Origin: Candidatus Marinacidobacterium sp.
GTDB lineage: Bacteria; Acidobacteriota; Vicinamibacteria; Marinacidobacterales; Marinacidobacteraceae
DNA length: 64,000 bases
Assembly: GCA_965243415.1 (NCBI GenBank)
Contig: OZ251549.1
Location: 2,290,239-2,354,238, forward strand
Reading direction: 5' to 3'
Positions within the stretch are counted from its first letter, which is position 1, and each line of letters opens with the position of its first letter. Shown piece by piece: positions 9,788 to 19,296 of the stretch. The notes beneath the pieces are model-generated. The model saw only the letters and a list, made by a program, of their open reading frames with translations, was not told the origin of the DNA and did not search any database. A program made the translations under genes and the position numbers.

Positions 9788-12202
9788 ATGAGTTTCCCCG
9801 TTTCGGCCCTTTCTTTCCTGATCTCCCGGCGAAGGCCGCCCGTCGCCGGCGACCCCTCTCCCCCGGTTCGCTCCCGCGTTCGGAACCCGCTCGCCGGGGC
9901 GTTCCCCCGGGCTGGGGGGATCGTCTTCGGGATCGTCTTCGGGCTCGCGGCCGGCCTCGGGGCGCCGCTCCTCGCCCCTCCCGCCGCCGAAGCCCGGAGC
10001 GTCACCGTCCGCGCCCGCCAGGGGATGGTGGTCTCGCAGAACCATCTCGCTTCCGAGATCGGCGCCGCCGTCCTCCGGGAAGGCGGGAACGCCATGGACG
10101 CCGCGGTGGCCACCGCCTTCGCCCTGGCGGTGACCCATCCCACCGCCGGGAACATCGGCGGCGGCGGCTTCCTGGTGTTCCGGCCGGCCGCCGGGGACCC
10201 GGTCGCCTACGACTTCCGGGAGATGGCGCCGGCGGCGGCGACCCCGGAGATGTGGCTGGAGGACGGCGAGTACTCCTTCGAACGCCACCACCTGAGCCAC
10301 CGCGCCGTGGGAGTGCCGGGAACGGTCGCCGGCCTGCGCCTCGCCTGGGAGCAGCGCGGCTCGCTCCCCTGGGAACGGCTGGTCCGTCCGGCGGTGGAAC
10401 TGGCCCGGGACGGTTTCCCGGTGTCGCACGGCCTCGCCGCCTCCCTCGCCCGGGTGCTCGACCGGATGCAGAAGTACCCGGCCTCGGTGGCGCAGTTTTC
10501 GAAGGACGGCGTTCCCTACGAGCCCGGCGAGATCCTGCGCCAGACCGACCTCGCCGACTCCCTCGAGCGGATCCTGGAGAACGGCGCCGCCGGCTTCTAC
10601 GCCGGCCGGACCGCCGACCTGCTGGTCGCGGAGATGGAAGCCGGCGACGGCCTCATCACCCATGAAGACCTCGCCGCGTACGAAGCGAAGGTGCGGGAGC
10701 CGATCCGCGGCGAGTACCGCGGCTACGAGATCATCTCGATGCCGCCTCCCAGTTCCGGCGGCGTCGCCCTGGTGGAGATGCTGAACATCCTGGAGGGGTA
10801 CGAACTCGGCGACGCCGGTTTCGGTTCCGCGAAGAACCTGCATGTCATGGCCGAGGCGATGCGCCGCGCCTTCGCCGACCGCGCGCTCCATCTCGGCGAT
10901 CCGGACTTCAACCCGGGGATTCCCATCGAACGGCTCACCTCCAAGCGGTACGCCACCGAGTTGCGCGCCACGATCACCGAGAAGGAAGCCTCCGTCTCTT
11001 CGCCGGCCAGTTTCGAGTGGCCCACCGAAGGCGAGCAGACCACCCACTTCTCGGTGGTGGACCGGGAACGGAACGCGGTCTCACTCACCTACACCCTCGA
11101 ATTCGGCTACGGCTCCGGCATCGTGGTGCCCGGCGGCGGGTTCCTGCTGAACAACGAGATGGGCGACTTCAACGCCGCCCCCGGGCTGACCGACGAGCGC
11201 GGCCTCATCGGCACCGACCCGAACCTCGCCGAAGGGCACAAGCGGATGCTGTCCAGCATGACGCCCACCATCGTCGCCAGGGACGGCGAACTCTTCATGG
11301 TGACCGGCACTCCCGGCGGCCGGACGATCATCAACACCGTGCTGCAGACCATCCTGAATGTGGTGGATCACGGCATGAACGCGCAGGAAGCGGTGGACGC
11401 CGGACGCATCCACCACCAGTGGTTGCCGGACCGCATCAACTTCGAGCGGCAGCAGTTCTCCCCGGACACCATCTCGCTGCTCGAGAGTTACGGGCATTCG
11501 GTGAACGAGATCGCCGGGCAGGGCGCCGCCGAGGTCATCGTCCACCTCGTGGACGAGGGAGTCCTCGAAGGCGGCGTGGACCAGCGCGCCCCGGACGGCG
11601 GCGCGGGGGTCCACGACGAAGGGCCGCCGCCGGCGGAAGGCTCGCCGGCGGAGGGCCCGGAGGCCGACGAAGAAGCCTGCGCCGGCGGAGGCGGCGGGGA
11701 GCAGGACGCGGAAGGGGAGGCGGGCGCGGCGCGGACGCTCGCCGCCGCCCACAACTTCGTCCGCATCTCCGACCGGCTCGCCACTTCCGGACAGATCACG
11801 AACGAGGAGATCACCGCCGCGAAGGAGTCCGGTTTCGAAGTGGTCGTGAATCTGGCCCCGGCGCGCCGGGAGCGCAACCTCGAGGAGGGGTTCCGGGTCA
11901 CCGAAACCGGGATGACCTATGTCCAGATCCCGGTGGACTGGCGGGATCCGGCGCTCCGCGATCTCGAACTCTTCTTCGAGGTGATGGACGCGAACCGCGA
12001 CCGGAGCGTGTATGTCCACTGCTTCGCCAACATGCGCGTCTCGGTGTTCGTCTATCTCTACCGCACGCTCCGGGAAGGGGTGCCGGAAGCGGAAGCCTGG
12101 GAGGAGGTGCTCAAGGTGTGGGATCCGGGCGCCGACCCCGAGACCGCCCAGTGGCCCCGTTTCATCGAGCGGGCGAAACGGGAGTACTCCGCCGCCGGCT
12201 GA
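9788..12202 (+). CDS. ggt: gamma-glutamyltranspeptidase fused to a C-terminal Cys-phosphatase-like (DUF442/DSP-like) domain
   Basis: About 600 aa of GGT (autoprocessing Thr in EQTTHFSVVD; GGGFLLNNEMGDF). The ORF continues without a stop through an acidic linker into about 150 aa containing VHCFANMR. Confidence 0.85.
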   Translation: MSFPVSALSFLISRRRPPVAGDPSPPVRSRVRNPLAGAFPRAGGIVFGIVFGLAAGLGAPLLAPPAAEARSVTVRARQGMVVSQNHLASEIGAAVLREGGNAMDAAVATAFALAVTHPTAGNIGGGGFLVFRPAAGDPVAYDFREMAPAAATPEMWLEDGEYSFERHHLSHRAVGVPGTVAGLRLAWEQRGSLPWERLVRPAVELARDGFPVSHGLAASLARVLDRMQKYPASVAQFSKDGVPYEPGEILRQTDLADSLERILENGAAGFYAGRTADLLVAEMEAGDGLITHEDLAAYEAKVREPIRGEYRGYEIISMPPPSSGGVALVEMLNILEGYELGDAGFGSAKNLHVMAEAMRRAFADRALHLGDPDFNPGIPIERLTSKRYATELRATITEKEASVSSPASFEWPTEGEQTTHFSVVDRERNAVSLTYTLEFGYGSGIVVPGGGFLLNNEMGDFNAAPGLTDERGLIGTDPNLAEGHKRMLSSMTPTIVARDGELFMVTGTPGGRTIINTVLQTILNVVDHGMNAQEAVDAGRIHHQWLPDRINFERQQFSPDTISLLESYGHSVNEIAGQGAAEVIVHLVDEGVLEGGVDQRAPDGGAGVHDEGPPPAEGSPAEGPEADEEACAGGGGGEQDAEGEAGAARTLAAAHNFVRISDRLATSGQITNEEITAAKESGFEVVVNLAPARRERNLEEGFRVTETGMTYVQIPVDWRDPALRDLELFFEVMDANRDRSVYVHCFANMRVSVFVYLYRTLREGVPEAEAWEEVLKVWDPGADPETAQWPRFIERAKREYSAAG

Positions 12203-12277
12203 TCCCGCCGGGACGAAACCACGGGGACGCGGATCCGCGCGGACGACGAGACCCTTGGCTGTGGTCGGCGCGGGGCG

Positions 12278-13609
12278 ATGACCGGCGAACCCCGCGCCCC
12301 GAACGGCCCCGGCCCGGCGCCGGCGAATGCCCGGACCGTGGGCAACGCCGGCGCGGGGAACCCCGGGGCCGACGCGCAGACCCCGGCTGCGGCGCCGCTT
12401 CGACTCGCGGCGTCGACCCGGCCCGAAGCGGCATCCCCGGACGCCGGGAATGGGACCCTGCCCGACGGGATTTCGTCGGACGGGAACGGGACATCGCCCG
12501 ACGGGAATACGCCGGACGGGGATTCGCCGGACGGGGATTCGCCTAGCGCGAATACGCCTGACGGGAATGCGCCCGACGGGAGTTCGTTTGGCGGGAATGC
12601 GTCTGGCGGGAGTTCGTCTGACGGGAATGCTCCTGACGGGGATTCGCCTGGCGGGAGCCCGCCTGACGGGAATTCGCCGGAGGGGGCCGGTCCCTCCGGG
12701 AGGAGAGCCCGCCGATTGGCCGGCCTCGCCTCCGGCGGCGCGCTGACCGGGTCGGGGGGGCCGCTCTGGAAGGAGCGGTCGGCCCTCGCCTCGGCGGCGT
12801 TCCACCTGGCCCTCGTCGGCCTCCTCTTCGTCCCCGGCCTGCTCGACGGGTTCGGCCGCGACGACGGCGCCCTCGAAGGCCGCCCCCGATTCGATTTCCG
12901 CATCGCCGGCGGCAGCGGCCCCGGCGGCGGCGGCGGTGGCGGCGGCAGCCGCGGCGACCGCATCAGCGCCTTCATCCGTCCCCGCGCCGCCGAGCCCCCC
13001 CCGCCGGAGCCGGAGACCCCGCGCCAGGCGCCCATCGCCCCCCGCAAACCGCGCCCGCTCCGTTTCGAGGACCTGGAGAACCTCGCCGACGCCTCGTCCC
13101 CGGTGGAACTGGCGCTGGGCACCGTGTTCTCGCCCCAGGCGGTGGAAGCGCCGGGCCTCTCCCTCTCCGACTTCGAGGACCGGGGCGGACGGGACCTCGC
13201 GCCGAGCGCCGGGACCGGCGGCGGCATCGGCGGCGGTGAGGGCGTCGGCACCGGCGAAGGGCAGGGCTGGGGCGTCGGCCCCGGCTACGGCGGCGGTTCC
13301 GGCGGCGGCGCCTACGCCCCCGGCGGATACGATGTGGAGCCGCGCCTGGTCTATGAGCCTCCCGAACCGCCCTACCCGGACGGCGCCCGCCGCCGCCGCG
13401 TCAGCGGCGAAGTGATGCTCCAGGTGCTGGTGAAACTCGACGGCTCCACCGAGGTGCTGGGGGTCATCAAGTCCGGCTGCCGCGCCTGCGTCGAGACCGC
13501 CCGCCGCCACGCCCGCAAGTACCGCTGGGAACCGGCGCTCAAGGACGGCAAACCGGTCGAAGCGGTCGGGGTCATCACCGTCACCTTCGGCCTCTTCTCC
13601 GGGCGATGA
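12278..13609 (+). CDS. TonB family protein with N-terminal (DGNxP)n repeats
   Basis: 443 aa. Central TM helix (AAFHLALVGLLFVPGLL), Pro-rich spacer. C-terminal TonB-type domain (RRVSGEVMLQVLV..KDGKPVEAVGVITVTF). Confidence 0.78.
   Translation: MTGEPRAPNGPGPAPANARTVGNAGAGNPGADAQTPAAAPLRLAASTRPEAASPDAGNGTLPDGISSDGNGTSPDGNTPDGDSPDGDSPSANTPDGNAPDGSSFGGNASGGSSSDGNAPDGDSPGGSPPDGNSPEGAGPSGRRARRLAGLASGGALTGSGGPLWKERSALASAAFHLALVGLLFVPGLLDGFGRDDGALEGRPRFDFRIAGGSGPGGGGGGGGSRGDRISAFIRPRAAEPPPPEPETPRQAPIAPRKPRPLRFEDLENLADASSPVELALGTVFSPQAVEAPGLSLSDFEDRGGRDLAPSAGTGGGIGGGEGVGTGEGQGWGVGPGYGGGSGGGAYAPGGYDVEPRLVYEPPEPPYPDGARRRRVSGEVMLQVLVKLDGSTEVLGVIKSGCRACVETARRHARKYRWEPALKDGKPVEAVGVITVTFGLFSGR
12464..12680 (+). 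repeat. about 14 tandem 15-nt units (GACGGGAATNCGCCN) encoding pentapeptide repeats
   Basis: Read directly. In frame inside the TonB-like CDS. Uses AAT/GAT/TCT/CCT codons that are atypical of this genome. Confidence 0.85.
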
Positions 13610-14175
13610 CCGGCCCCGCCGCCGCCCCGCCGGGCCCCGCCGCTCGCGAAAACCGCCCGGTCGCGCTGCTCTCGGAGGACGCCATCGCCGCGCGCGTCCA
13701 AACATTGGCGGAAGAGATCGCCGCCGCCCGCGCCGGCCAGCGCCTCCACCTGCTGGTCGTCCTCCGGGGCGCCTTCGTCTTCGCCGCCGACCTGGCGCGC
13801 CGCCTCGACGAACAGGGCGTCGAGTTGACCGTGGACTTCTGCCGCGTCGCCACCTACGGCGACGGCACCGAGCCCGGCGTCCCGGCGGTCGAGTTGTACC
13901 ACCCGGAGACCCTGACCGACCGCGATGTGTTCATCGTGGAGGACATCGTGGACACCGGCCTGGCCCTCGACGCCCTGGTGCGCGCCGTCCGCCGCGCCGC
14001 TCCCCGCTCCATGGGTTCGGTGGCCTTCCTCTCGAAACCCGAACGCCGCCGCGTCCCGATCGAGCCCGACTACACCGGTTTCATCATCCCCGACCACTTC
14101 GCCGTCGGCTACGGCCTCGACTACGCCGGCCGCCACCGCCACCTCCCCTTCGTAGGAATCCTCCAACCGGACTGA
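13606..14175 (+). CDS. hpt: hypoxanthine-guanine phosphoribosyltransferase
   Basis: 189 aa. PRPP-binding motif VFIVEDIVDTGLAL. C-terminal FAVGYGLDYAG. ATGA overlap with the upstream gene. Confidence 0.9.
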   Translation: MTGPAAAPPGPAARENRPVALLSEDAIAARVQTLAEEIAAARAGQRLHLLVVLRGAFVFAADLARRLDEQGVELTVDFCRVATYGDGTEPGVPAVELYHPETLTDRDVFIVEDIVDTGLALDALVRAVRRAAPRSMGSVAFLSKPERRRVPIEPDYTGFIIPDHFAVGYGLDYAGRHRHLPFVGILQPD

Positions 14176-14205
14176 TTCCTCGGCGCCGCGAGGGAGCGGG
14201 GGGAG

Positions 14206-15069
14206 TTATTCGCGGAATTCCGGTTCCGTTCCCGCCGCCGACAGCAGGCGCGCCAGCGTCGGGGCGGCGGCGTCGGCCACCTTCTCGACTTCGTCGGAGT
14301 CGATATGCCCGTCCCCCATACCGGCGGCCGGGTTCGAAGCGAACGCCAGACCGGCGACGCTGAGTCCCAGATGCCGGGCGGCGATCGCCTCCAGCGTCAC
14401 GGACATCCCCACTACATCGGCGCCGATGGCGGCGAGCATCCGCACCTCCGCCGGCGTCTCGAACTGGGGGCCGCGGACTCCGGCGTACACCCCCTTCGGC
14501 AGCGGCAGCCCCAACCGCTCCGCCGCCCGGTCGAGTGCGGCTCCCAGGACCGGGTCCCAGGCATCCGTCATCGCCGGGAATCTCGGCTCCGGTCCCGGTT
14601 CCGGCCCTTCGAGCGGGCTGGCCCAGGTCAGGTTCAGGTGGTCGGTGATGCGGACGAACTGCCCCATCTCGATGTCCGGGCGGATCGCGCCCACGGCGGC
14701 GGTGAGGACCAGTCGCTTCACCCCCAGGGCGGCCAGCATTCGGACGCCGAAGACCGCCTCGTCCGGCGTGTTGCCCTCGTAGAGGTGCTGGCGTCCGGAG
14801 AGCAGCGCCACCGGCAACTGGGGCAGGAAGGAGGGCGAGTCCGGGTCGGGCCGCAACACGCCGACGATGAGCCGGCTGCGGTGGCCCGGGGCGGTGCACT
14901 CGGCCAGGCCGGGGATGGCGGAGTAGGGGAGTTGCCAGTGCCGCTCGACGCCCCGCGCGGCGCGGGCGAGCCCCGAACCGAGCACCACCGCGGTCTGCGG
15001 GAAGGTCTCGCCCCGTTTGCGCACCGTCTCCACGGCCTCGGCGATGCGGGCCGCCACTTCCGGTTTCAT
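14206..15069 (-). CDS. purine nucleoside phosphorylase (PNP/MTAP family)
   Basis: 287 aa. VVLGSGL, GHRSRL, SGRQHLYEG, GPQFETPAE, VGMSVTLEA motifs. Confidence 0.9.
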   Translation of the reverse strand: MKPEVAARIAEAVETVRKRGETFPQTAVVLGSGLARAARGVERHWQLPYSAIPGLAECTAPGHRSRLIVGVLRPDPDSPSFLPQLPVALLSGRQHLYEGNTPDEAVFGVRMLAALGVKRLVLTAAVGAIRPDIEMGQFVRITDHLNLTWASPLEGPEPGPEPRFPAMTDAWDPVLGAALDRAAERLGLPLPKGVYAGVRGPQFETPAEVRMLAAIGADVVGMSVTLEAIAARHLGLSVAGLAFASNPAAGMGDGHIDSDEVEKVADAAAPTLARLLSAAGTEPEFRE

Positions 15070-15116
15070 GTTCGGATTCCCGTTCCTTCCTGTTCGTTAT
15101 GTTCGGGCGCCCCCGG

Positions 15117-16325
15117 TCAGGGCGCGCCGGCGAGCATCCCGGCGATCGTGGCGCTCACCAGGGTGGCAAGGGTACCGCCGATGAGCGCCCGGAGCCCCAG
15201 TCGGGCCAGATCGCGCCGCCGTCCGGGGGCGATGGCGCCGATGCCGCCGATCTGGATGCCGATGGAACTCAGGTTGGCGAACCCGCAGAGCGCGAAGGTG
15301 GCGATCACCTCGCTCTTGAGCGACAGCGCGCCCTCCGCCCGGAGCGCCGCCAGGTCGAGATAGGCCACGAACTCGTTCAGGATCAGTTTCTTCCCCAGCA
15401 GCGCCCCCACCGTCGCCGCCTCCGCCGCGGGCACGCCGATCAGGAACGCCACCGGGGTGAACGCCCAGCCCAGGATCTGCGACAGGGAGAGCCCGACCGC
15501 GCCGAGGGGCAGGTCCACCAACGCCACCAGGCTGAGGAAGGCGATGAGCATCGCCACCACATTCAGCACCAGTTTCATGCCCGCCGAAGCCCCGGAGGCG
15601 GCGGCCCCGATCACATTGACCTCCCGCTCGCCGCTGACTTCGGCGGCGCGGCCGGTCGTCTCCGGGGTTCCCGTCTCCGGCACGATGATCTTCGCCAGCA
15701 TGAGCGCCGCCGGGGCGTTCACCAGGCTCGCCGCCAGCAGGAACCGGGCGTCCACGCCCAAGGCGATGAAGGCGGCGAGCATCCCCCCGGAGACGGTGGC
15801 CATCCCGGCGACCATCACCGCGTGGAGTTCCGACCGGGTCATCCGCTCGAGGTAGGGCGCGACGATCAGCGGCGCTTCGGTCTGCCCCATGAACACATTG
15901 GCGGCGGAGGCGAGGGTCTCGGCGCCGCTCGTCCCCATGGTCCGCCTCATGAGCCAGGCCATCCCGGCCACCGCCCGCTGCAGCAGGCCCAGGTGGTAGA
16001 GGACCGAGAACACCGAGGCCACATAGACGATCGTCGGCAGCGCCGAGACCGCGAGGATCACCCCGAACCGCTCCCGGTCGGCGAGCGGCCCGAACACCAG
16101 TTCGATCCCGGCGTTCGCCTGCCGGAGCGCCAGGTCCACCGCGTCGGCCACCGCGGAGAGCGCCGCCGTGCCCCACGGACTCCGGAGCACGATCAGCGCG
16201 AACACCGCCTGGAGCGCCAGTGACCAGACCACGATCCGCCAGGGGAACCGCCGCCGGTCGGTGGAGACCGCCCAGGCGATCCCCAGCAGCGCGGCGAGGC
16301 CCAGCAGCGACACCGCCCCGGTCAA
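15117..16325 (-). CDS. nupC: NupC/CNT family concentrative nucleoside transporter
   Basis: 402-aa polytopic membrane protein with the CNT family pattern. Adjacent to PNP and hpt. Confidence 0.88.
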   Translation of the reverse strand: MTGAVSLLGLAALLGIAWAVSTDRRRFPWRIVVWSLALQAVFALIVLRSPWGTAALSAVADAVDLALRQANAGIELVFGPLADRERFGVILAVSALPTIVYVASVFSVLYHLGLLQRAVAGMAWLMRRTMGTSGAETLASAANVFMGQTEAPLIVAPYLERMTRSELHAVMVAGMATVSGGMLAAFIALGVDARFLLAASLVNAPAALMLAKIIVPETGTPETTGRAAEVSGEREVNVIGAAASGASAGMKLVLNVVAMLIAFLSLVALVDLPLGAVGLSLSQILGWAFTPVAFLIGVPAAEAATVGALLGKKLILNEFVAYLDLAALRAEGALSLKSEVIATFALCGFANLSSIGIQIGGIGAIAPGRRRDLARLGLRALIGGTLATLVSATIAGMLAGAP

Positions 16326-16347
16326 GGCGCCCTCCCGCCCCCGGCGT

Positions 16348-16515
16348 TCAATCGAGGAGCGCCATGCCCCAGCCGACGACGAAGGCGAACCCGACGAAGC
16401 AGAGGAACGCCCCGACCGCGAACCGCACCCGGTCGCGCCGGCTCTCCCGCATGAGACAGGCGAACGCCGGCGAGACGAGCGCCGCGAACAGCGTCAGCGC
16501 CAGGAGGTGGCTCAC
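16348..16515 (-). CDS. small two-TM membrane protein (hypothetical)
   Basis: GTG 16513-16515 overlaps the TGA of the upstream gene (GTGA). 55 aa: VSHLLALTLFAALVSPAFACL..FLCFVGFAFVVGWGMALLD. Confidence 0.4.
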   Translation of the reverse strand: MSHLLALTLFAALVSPAFACLMRESRRDRVRFAVGAFLCFVGFAFVVGWGMALLD

Positions 16516-17156
16516 CCGGCCGGCTTCCCCTTCGCCCCGGTTTCCCCGGCCGGCCCGGCTTCCCCGTCCGGCGCGGCCTCGACGCGGCGGGCGCCGGTGG
16601 CGAGGTCCCAGGCGTCGAGCGCCACGAGCACATTCAGCAGCCCCGCGGCGATGAGGAAGGCGTAGCCGTACTCGTAGGTGGTCGCCGCCGGGTCGCCGCC
16701 GCCGTAGCCGAGCATCTTGGCGGCGACATAGAGCCCCCCGGCGCCCATCTCGGCGAGTCCGGCCAGCAGGGTCAGCGGCGCCCCGGAGTCGAGCGGGAAG
16801 AGTTCCCCCTCCATGCCGATCCCGAAGGCGAACAGCAGCCCGATGCACGCGAAGTACACCGCCCCGGTCCCCCGCCGGTCGAGCGAGAAGTGGCCCAGGC
16901 CGGGAACGAGCAGCGCCAGCGCGCAGGGGATCAGCGGCCGCGCCGCCGCCCCGATCGGCGCCCCTTCGGGCCGGGCCCTGCTCCTCCCGGCGGTCTCGGC
17001 CACGAATGAGAGTCTATCCCCGCCGCCTTCCCGCCCGAACGGGGCGCCGCGCCGGGCGCCGCTTGCCGCCGGGCGGACCGGCGTGGCCGAAGGGCGGCTC
17101 CCCGAGACCTCGCGGCCTCCGGCCCGGAGGAGGTCGACGCCTGTCGTCGGAGGCAC
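16512..17156 (-). CDS. membrane protein, unknown function (start uncertain, probably internal)
   Basis: Four hydrophobic helices (LLVPGLGHFSLDRRGTGAVYFACIGLLFAFGI..). The N-terminal ~90 aa look non-genuine. Confidence 0.55.
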   Translation of the reverse strand: MPPTTGVDLLRAGGREVSGSRPSATPVRPAASGARRGAPFGREGGGDRLSFVAETAGRSRARPEGAPIGAAARPLIPCALALLVPGLGHFSLDRRGTGAVYFACIGLLFAFGIGMEGELFPLDSGAPLTLLAGLAEMGAGGLYVAAKMLGYGGGDPAATTYEYGYAFLIAAGLLNVLVALDAWDLATGARRVEAAPDGEAGPAGETGAKGKPAG

Positions 17157-17206
17157 GCTGACGACCTGCCGCCAGGCTCCGCAAGCCTCCGATCGTCGGG
17201 TTCCGG

Positions 17207-17215
17207 TGCTATGCT
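17207..17215 (+). promoter_or_regulatory. extended -10-like box TGcTATGCT
   Basis: A rare AT-rich hexamer in a GC-rich spacer, about 118 nt upstream of the 17333 CDS. The same GCTATNNT motif precedes the six RNA-like elements and the 63646 CDS. Confidence 0.3.
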
Positions 17216-17332
17216 AACTGCGCTGGTGAGAAGTCATCCCCCGGAGGGGGGCGTCGCGCCCGTCGCCTCGGCCGCCCATCGTTCGCGCCTCTCGATCCAC
17301 CCGCGGAGCCGACGCCGCCACGCTGTTCCCGC

Positions 17333-18124
17333 ATGAAGATCGAGTTCGAGAATCCGCCGATTCACGAAGTAGCGATCAGCGCCGGCTTCAACCCGCAGAC
17401 GGTGCCGCTGCGAAGCGAACACATCGGACTGTTCTGGGCCGAAATCCGAGACAGATTCCCCGTCGGGGGGCAACGACCGCCAGTTGGTCGCTCGGAATCC
17501 ATCAGTGGCGACGCGGATTTTTTCCCGATGCCTCGCTACTGGTTCCGATCCGGGGACAAGACCGCTTTGATTCAGGTCCAGTGGAACACCTTCGTGTTCA
17601 ATTGGCGCCGAGGCGGAGGCGGCTACGCCGGGTTCGATGCTTCGCTGATGCGGCCTTTCGACCGGTACTTCGGGGTCTTCGAGGACTTTTGTCGCGACCA
17701 TCTCGATCTCGATGCCCCGACACTCAGTATTGATCACTGCCGCCTGCACTATTTCAATTTGGTCCGTCACTGCGAGTACTGGCACGGGCCGCAAGACACT
17801 GGCCGCATCCTGCCGCATGTCAGTCTTCCAGACTTGAGCACAAACCACAGTGGCGCATCGGCCCTCGATTGCCACTACACGCTTGCGACCGAAGACGACC
17901 TGATAATCCGCCTGCGAATCCGCACGGGGAAGTCACGGGATGAGCAGAAGGCGAGTGTTCTGGTCTTCGAGATCAAGGCGAATGGCCGCCTTGGTGGTGT
18001 GCCCAAATCCGTTGCGGACGGTTGGTATCGGAGAGCTCACGCGGCCATTAGGGATTGTTTTCTGAGGGTAACGGACGAGGACATCAGAAATCGCTACTGG
18101 AAACCGGTAGAGGCAGCATCATGA
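17333..18124 (+). CDS. TIGR04255-like uncharacterized protein
   Basis: 263 aa. The N-terminus FENPPIHEVAISAGF and the overall length match my recollection of the sporadically distributed TIGR04255 family. GC visibly lower than the flanks. Confidence 0.75.
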   Translation: MKIEFENPPIHEVAISAGFNPQTVPLRSEHIGLFWAEIRDRFPVGGQRPPVGRSESISGDADFFPMPRYWFRSGDKTALIQVQWNTFVFNWRRGGGGYAGFDASLMRPFDRYFGVFEDFCRDHLDLDAPTLSIDHCRLHYFNLVRHCEYWHGPQDTGRILPHVSLPDLSTNHSGASALDCHYTLATEDDLIIRLRIRTGKSRDEQKASVLVFEIKANGRLGGVPKSVADGWYRRAHAAIRDCFLRVTDEDIRNRYWKPVEAAS

Positions 18125-18750
18125 TCGGCCATCCTTGGATCTCTCCGGACGCGGACCAGTTCTCGTTCGTTGTGCCTGACCCTCTGTCCGACGCCTCGGA
18201 AGCGGCGGGAAATATGGAGATCGATCGCGACCCGATGGATTCCATCCTCTCGGGGTATCTGTCGACGTATCGGGCACAGAACAGGAACGCTGAACTCGGA
18301 GACTCCGTGCGCGTGGACTTCTTCGTCGAGTCTGTTCACGATCGCGGGTCATTCGTCGTCGACGAGAGGATACGCGCCGACCGTCCGCCGCTTCGCCATC
18401 GCACAGCGTGGGGAAAGCGGATCGAGGATCTTCGTTCGTGGGCTGAGGAAGACGGAGATCCGTTCCGTTCCGAGTCAGAACGGGACTTCTGGGCATTCGT
18501 CGAAGCGACGCCCGACGTTCGCCGGGGCGGTCTCGTACTCGTGTGTAACGGCAACCTCCGCGCCGTCTGGGATGGAGACGCCGGCGCCAGCGTGGGGTTG
18601 CAGTTCCTCGGTAACGGGGTCGTGCAGTATGTCCTCTTCAGGCGTGGGTCAGATGTCGACCAACGATGGCCCGAGGGCGGACGCGACGACTTCGACGGCT
18701 TCATGCGCCGAGTACACAGCCTCGATCTCGAGTCGGTGGTGTTGGAGTGA
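18121..18750 (+). CDS. hypothetical protein (family X)
   Basis: ATG 18121 overlaps the upstream stop (ATGA). 209 aa with ordinary composition. The C-terminal 125 aa are duplicated at 19590-19965. Confidence 0.72.
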   Translation: MIGHPWISPDADQFSFVVPDPLSDASEAAGNMEIDRDPMDSILSGYLSTYRAQNRNAELGDSVRVDFFVESVHDRGSFVVDERIRADRPPLRHRTAWGKRIEDLRSWAEEDGDPFRSESERDFWAFVEATPDVRRGGLVLVCNGNLRAVWDGDAGASVGLQFLGNGVVQYVLFRRGSDVDQRWPEGGRDDFDGFMRRVHSLDLESVVLE

Positions 18751-19202
18751 CCGAAGGCACGGTGCCGGACGCCGATCATGTGGTCCGCTATGTGAAACAG
18801 AGTTCGATCGTAGACGGAAAGGTGCGAGGGTCCGCTTTCTTGCTCCGCCATGAGGAGGACGCTCTGTCCGTGAATTGGCTGGAGGTCTTCTCTATGGAGG
18901 AGGATGACCCGATCGACGCCGTACGGCAGGTGGTCCGTTTGCGACTCTCGAGGAACGGGCGGTTCGCCGAGATCCAAGTGGGGGAGGTCCGGCGGCGTCT
19001 CGCGGGGACGATCGATATCACCGTTATCCACCGGCCGCTCGAGGCCGATGTGGGTTTCCCGGCCGATCCATCCCATGCCGAGATTGCCGGACTGCCGGCA
19101 CGTGTCTCGCAGATTGCGGAGGAGGTTGGAGACGTGATCGCGAGGTGTGTACGGCGACTCCATCCCGCTGTCACCGAGCGATGTTCGGCAACTCGTGCGT
19201 AA
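18747..19202 (+). CDS. hypothetical protein
   Basis: GTG 18747 overlaps the upstream stop (GTGA). 151 aa: PDADHVVRYVKQSSIVDGKVRGSAFLLR..SVNWLE..PSHAEIAGLP. Confidence 0.65.
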   Translation: MTEGTVPDADHVVRYVKQSSIVDGKVRGSAFLLRHEEDALSVNWLEVFSMEEDDPIDAVRQVVRLRLSRNGRFAEIQVGEVRRRLAGTIDITVIHRPLEADVGFPADPSHAEIAGLPARVSQIAEEVGDVIARCVRRLHPAVTERCSATRA

Positions 19203-19296
19203 GTGTGCGAATCGGCCTCGCAGCAGCTCTTTGATTCTTGTAGGACGCTGTCGGAACCGGTCGACCCGCGCGCTATGCTGCAAGTGTCCGTGACAG

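Noticed and set aside
14171-14205. Bidirectional terminator between the convergent hpt and PNP genes (CCTCG-N6-CGAGG).
   Set aside because: The stem is only 5 bp with no U-tract. It is indistinguishable from chance in this GC-rich context.
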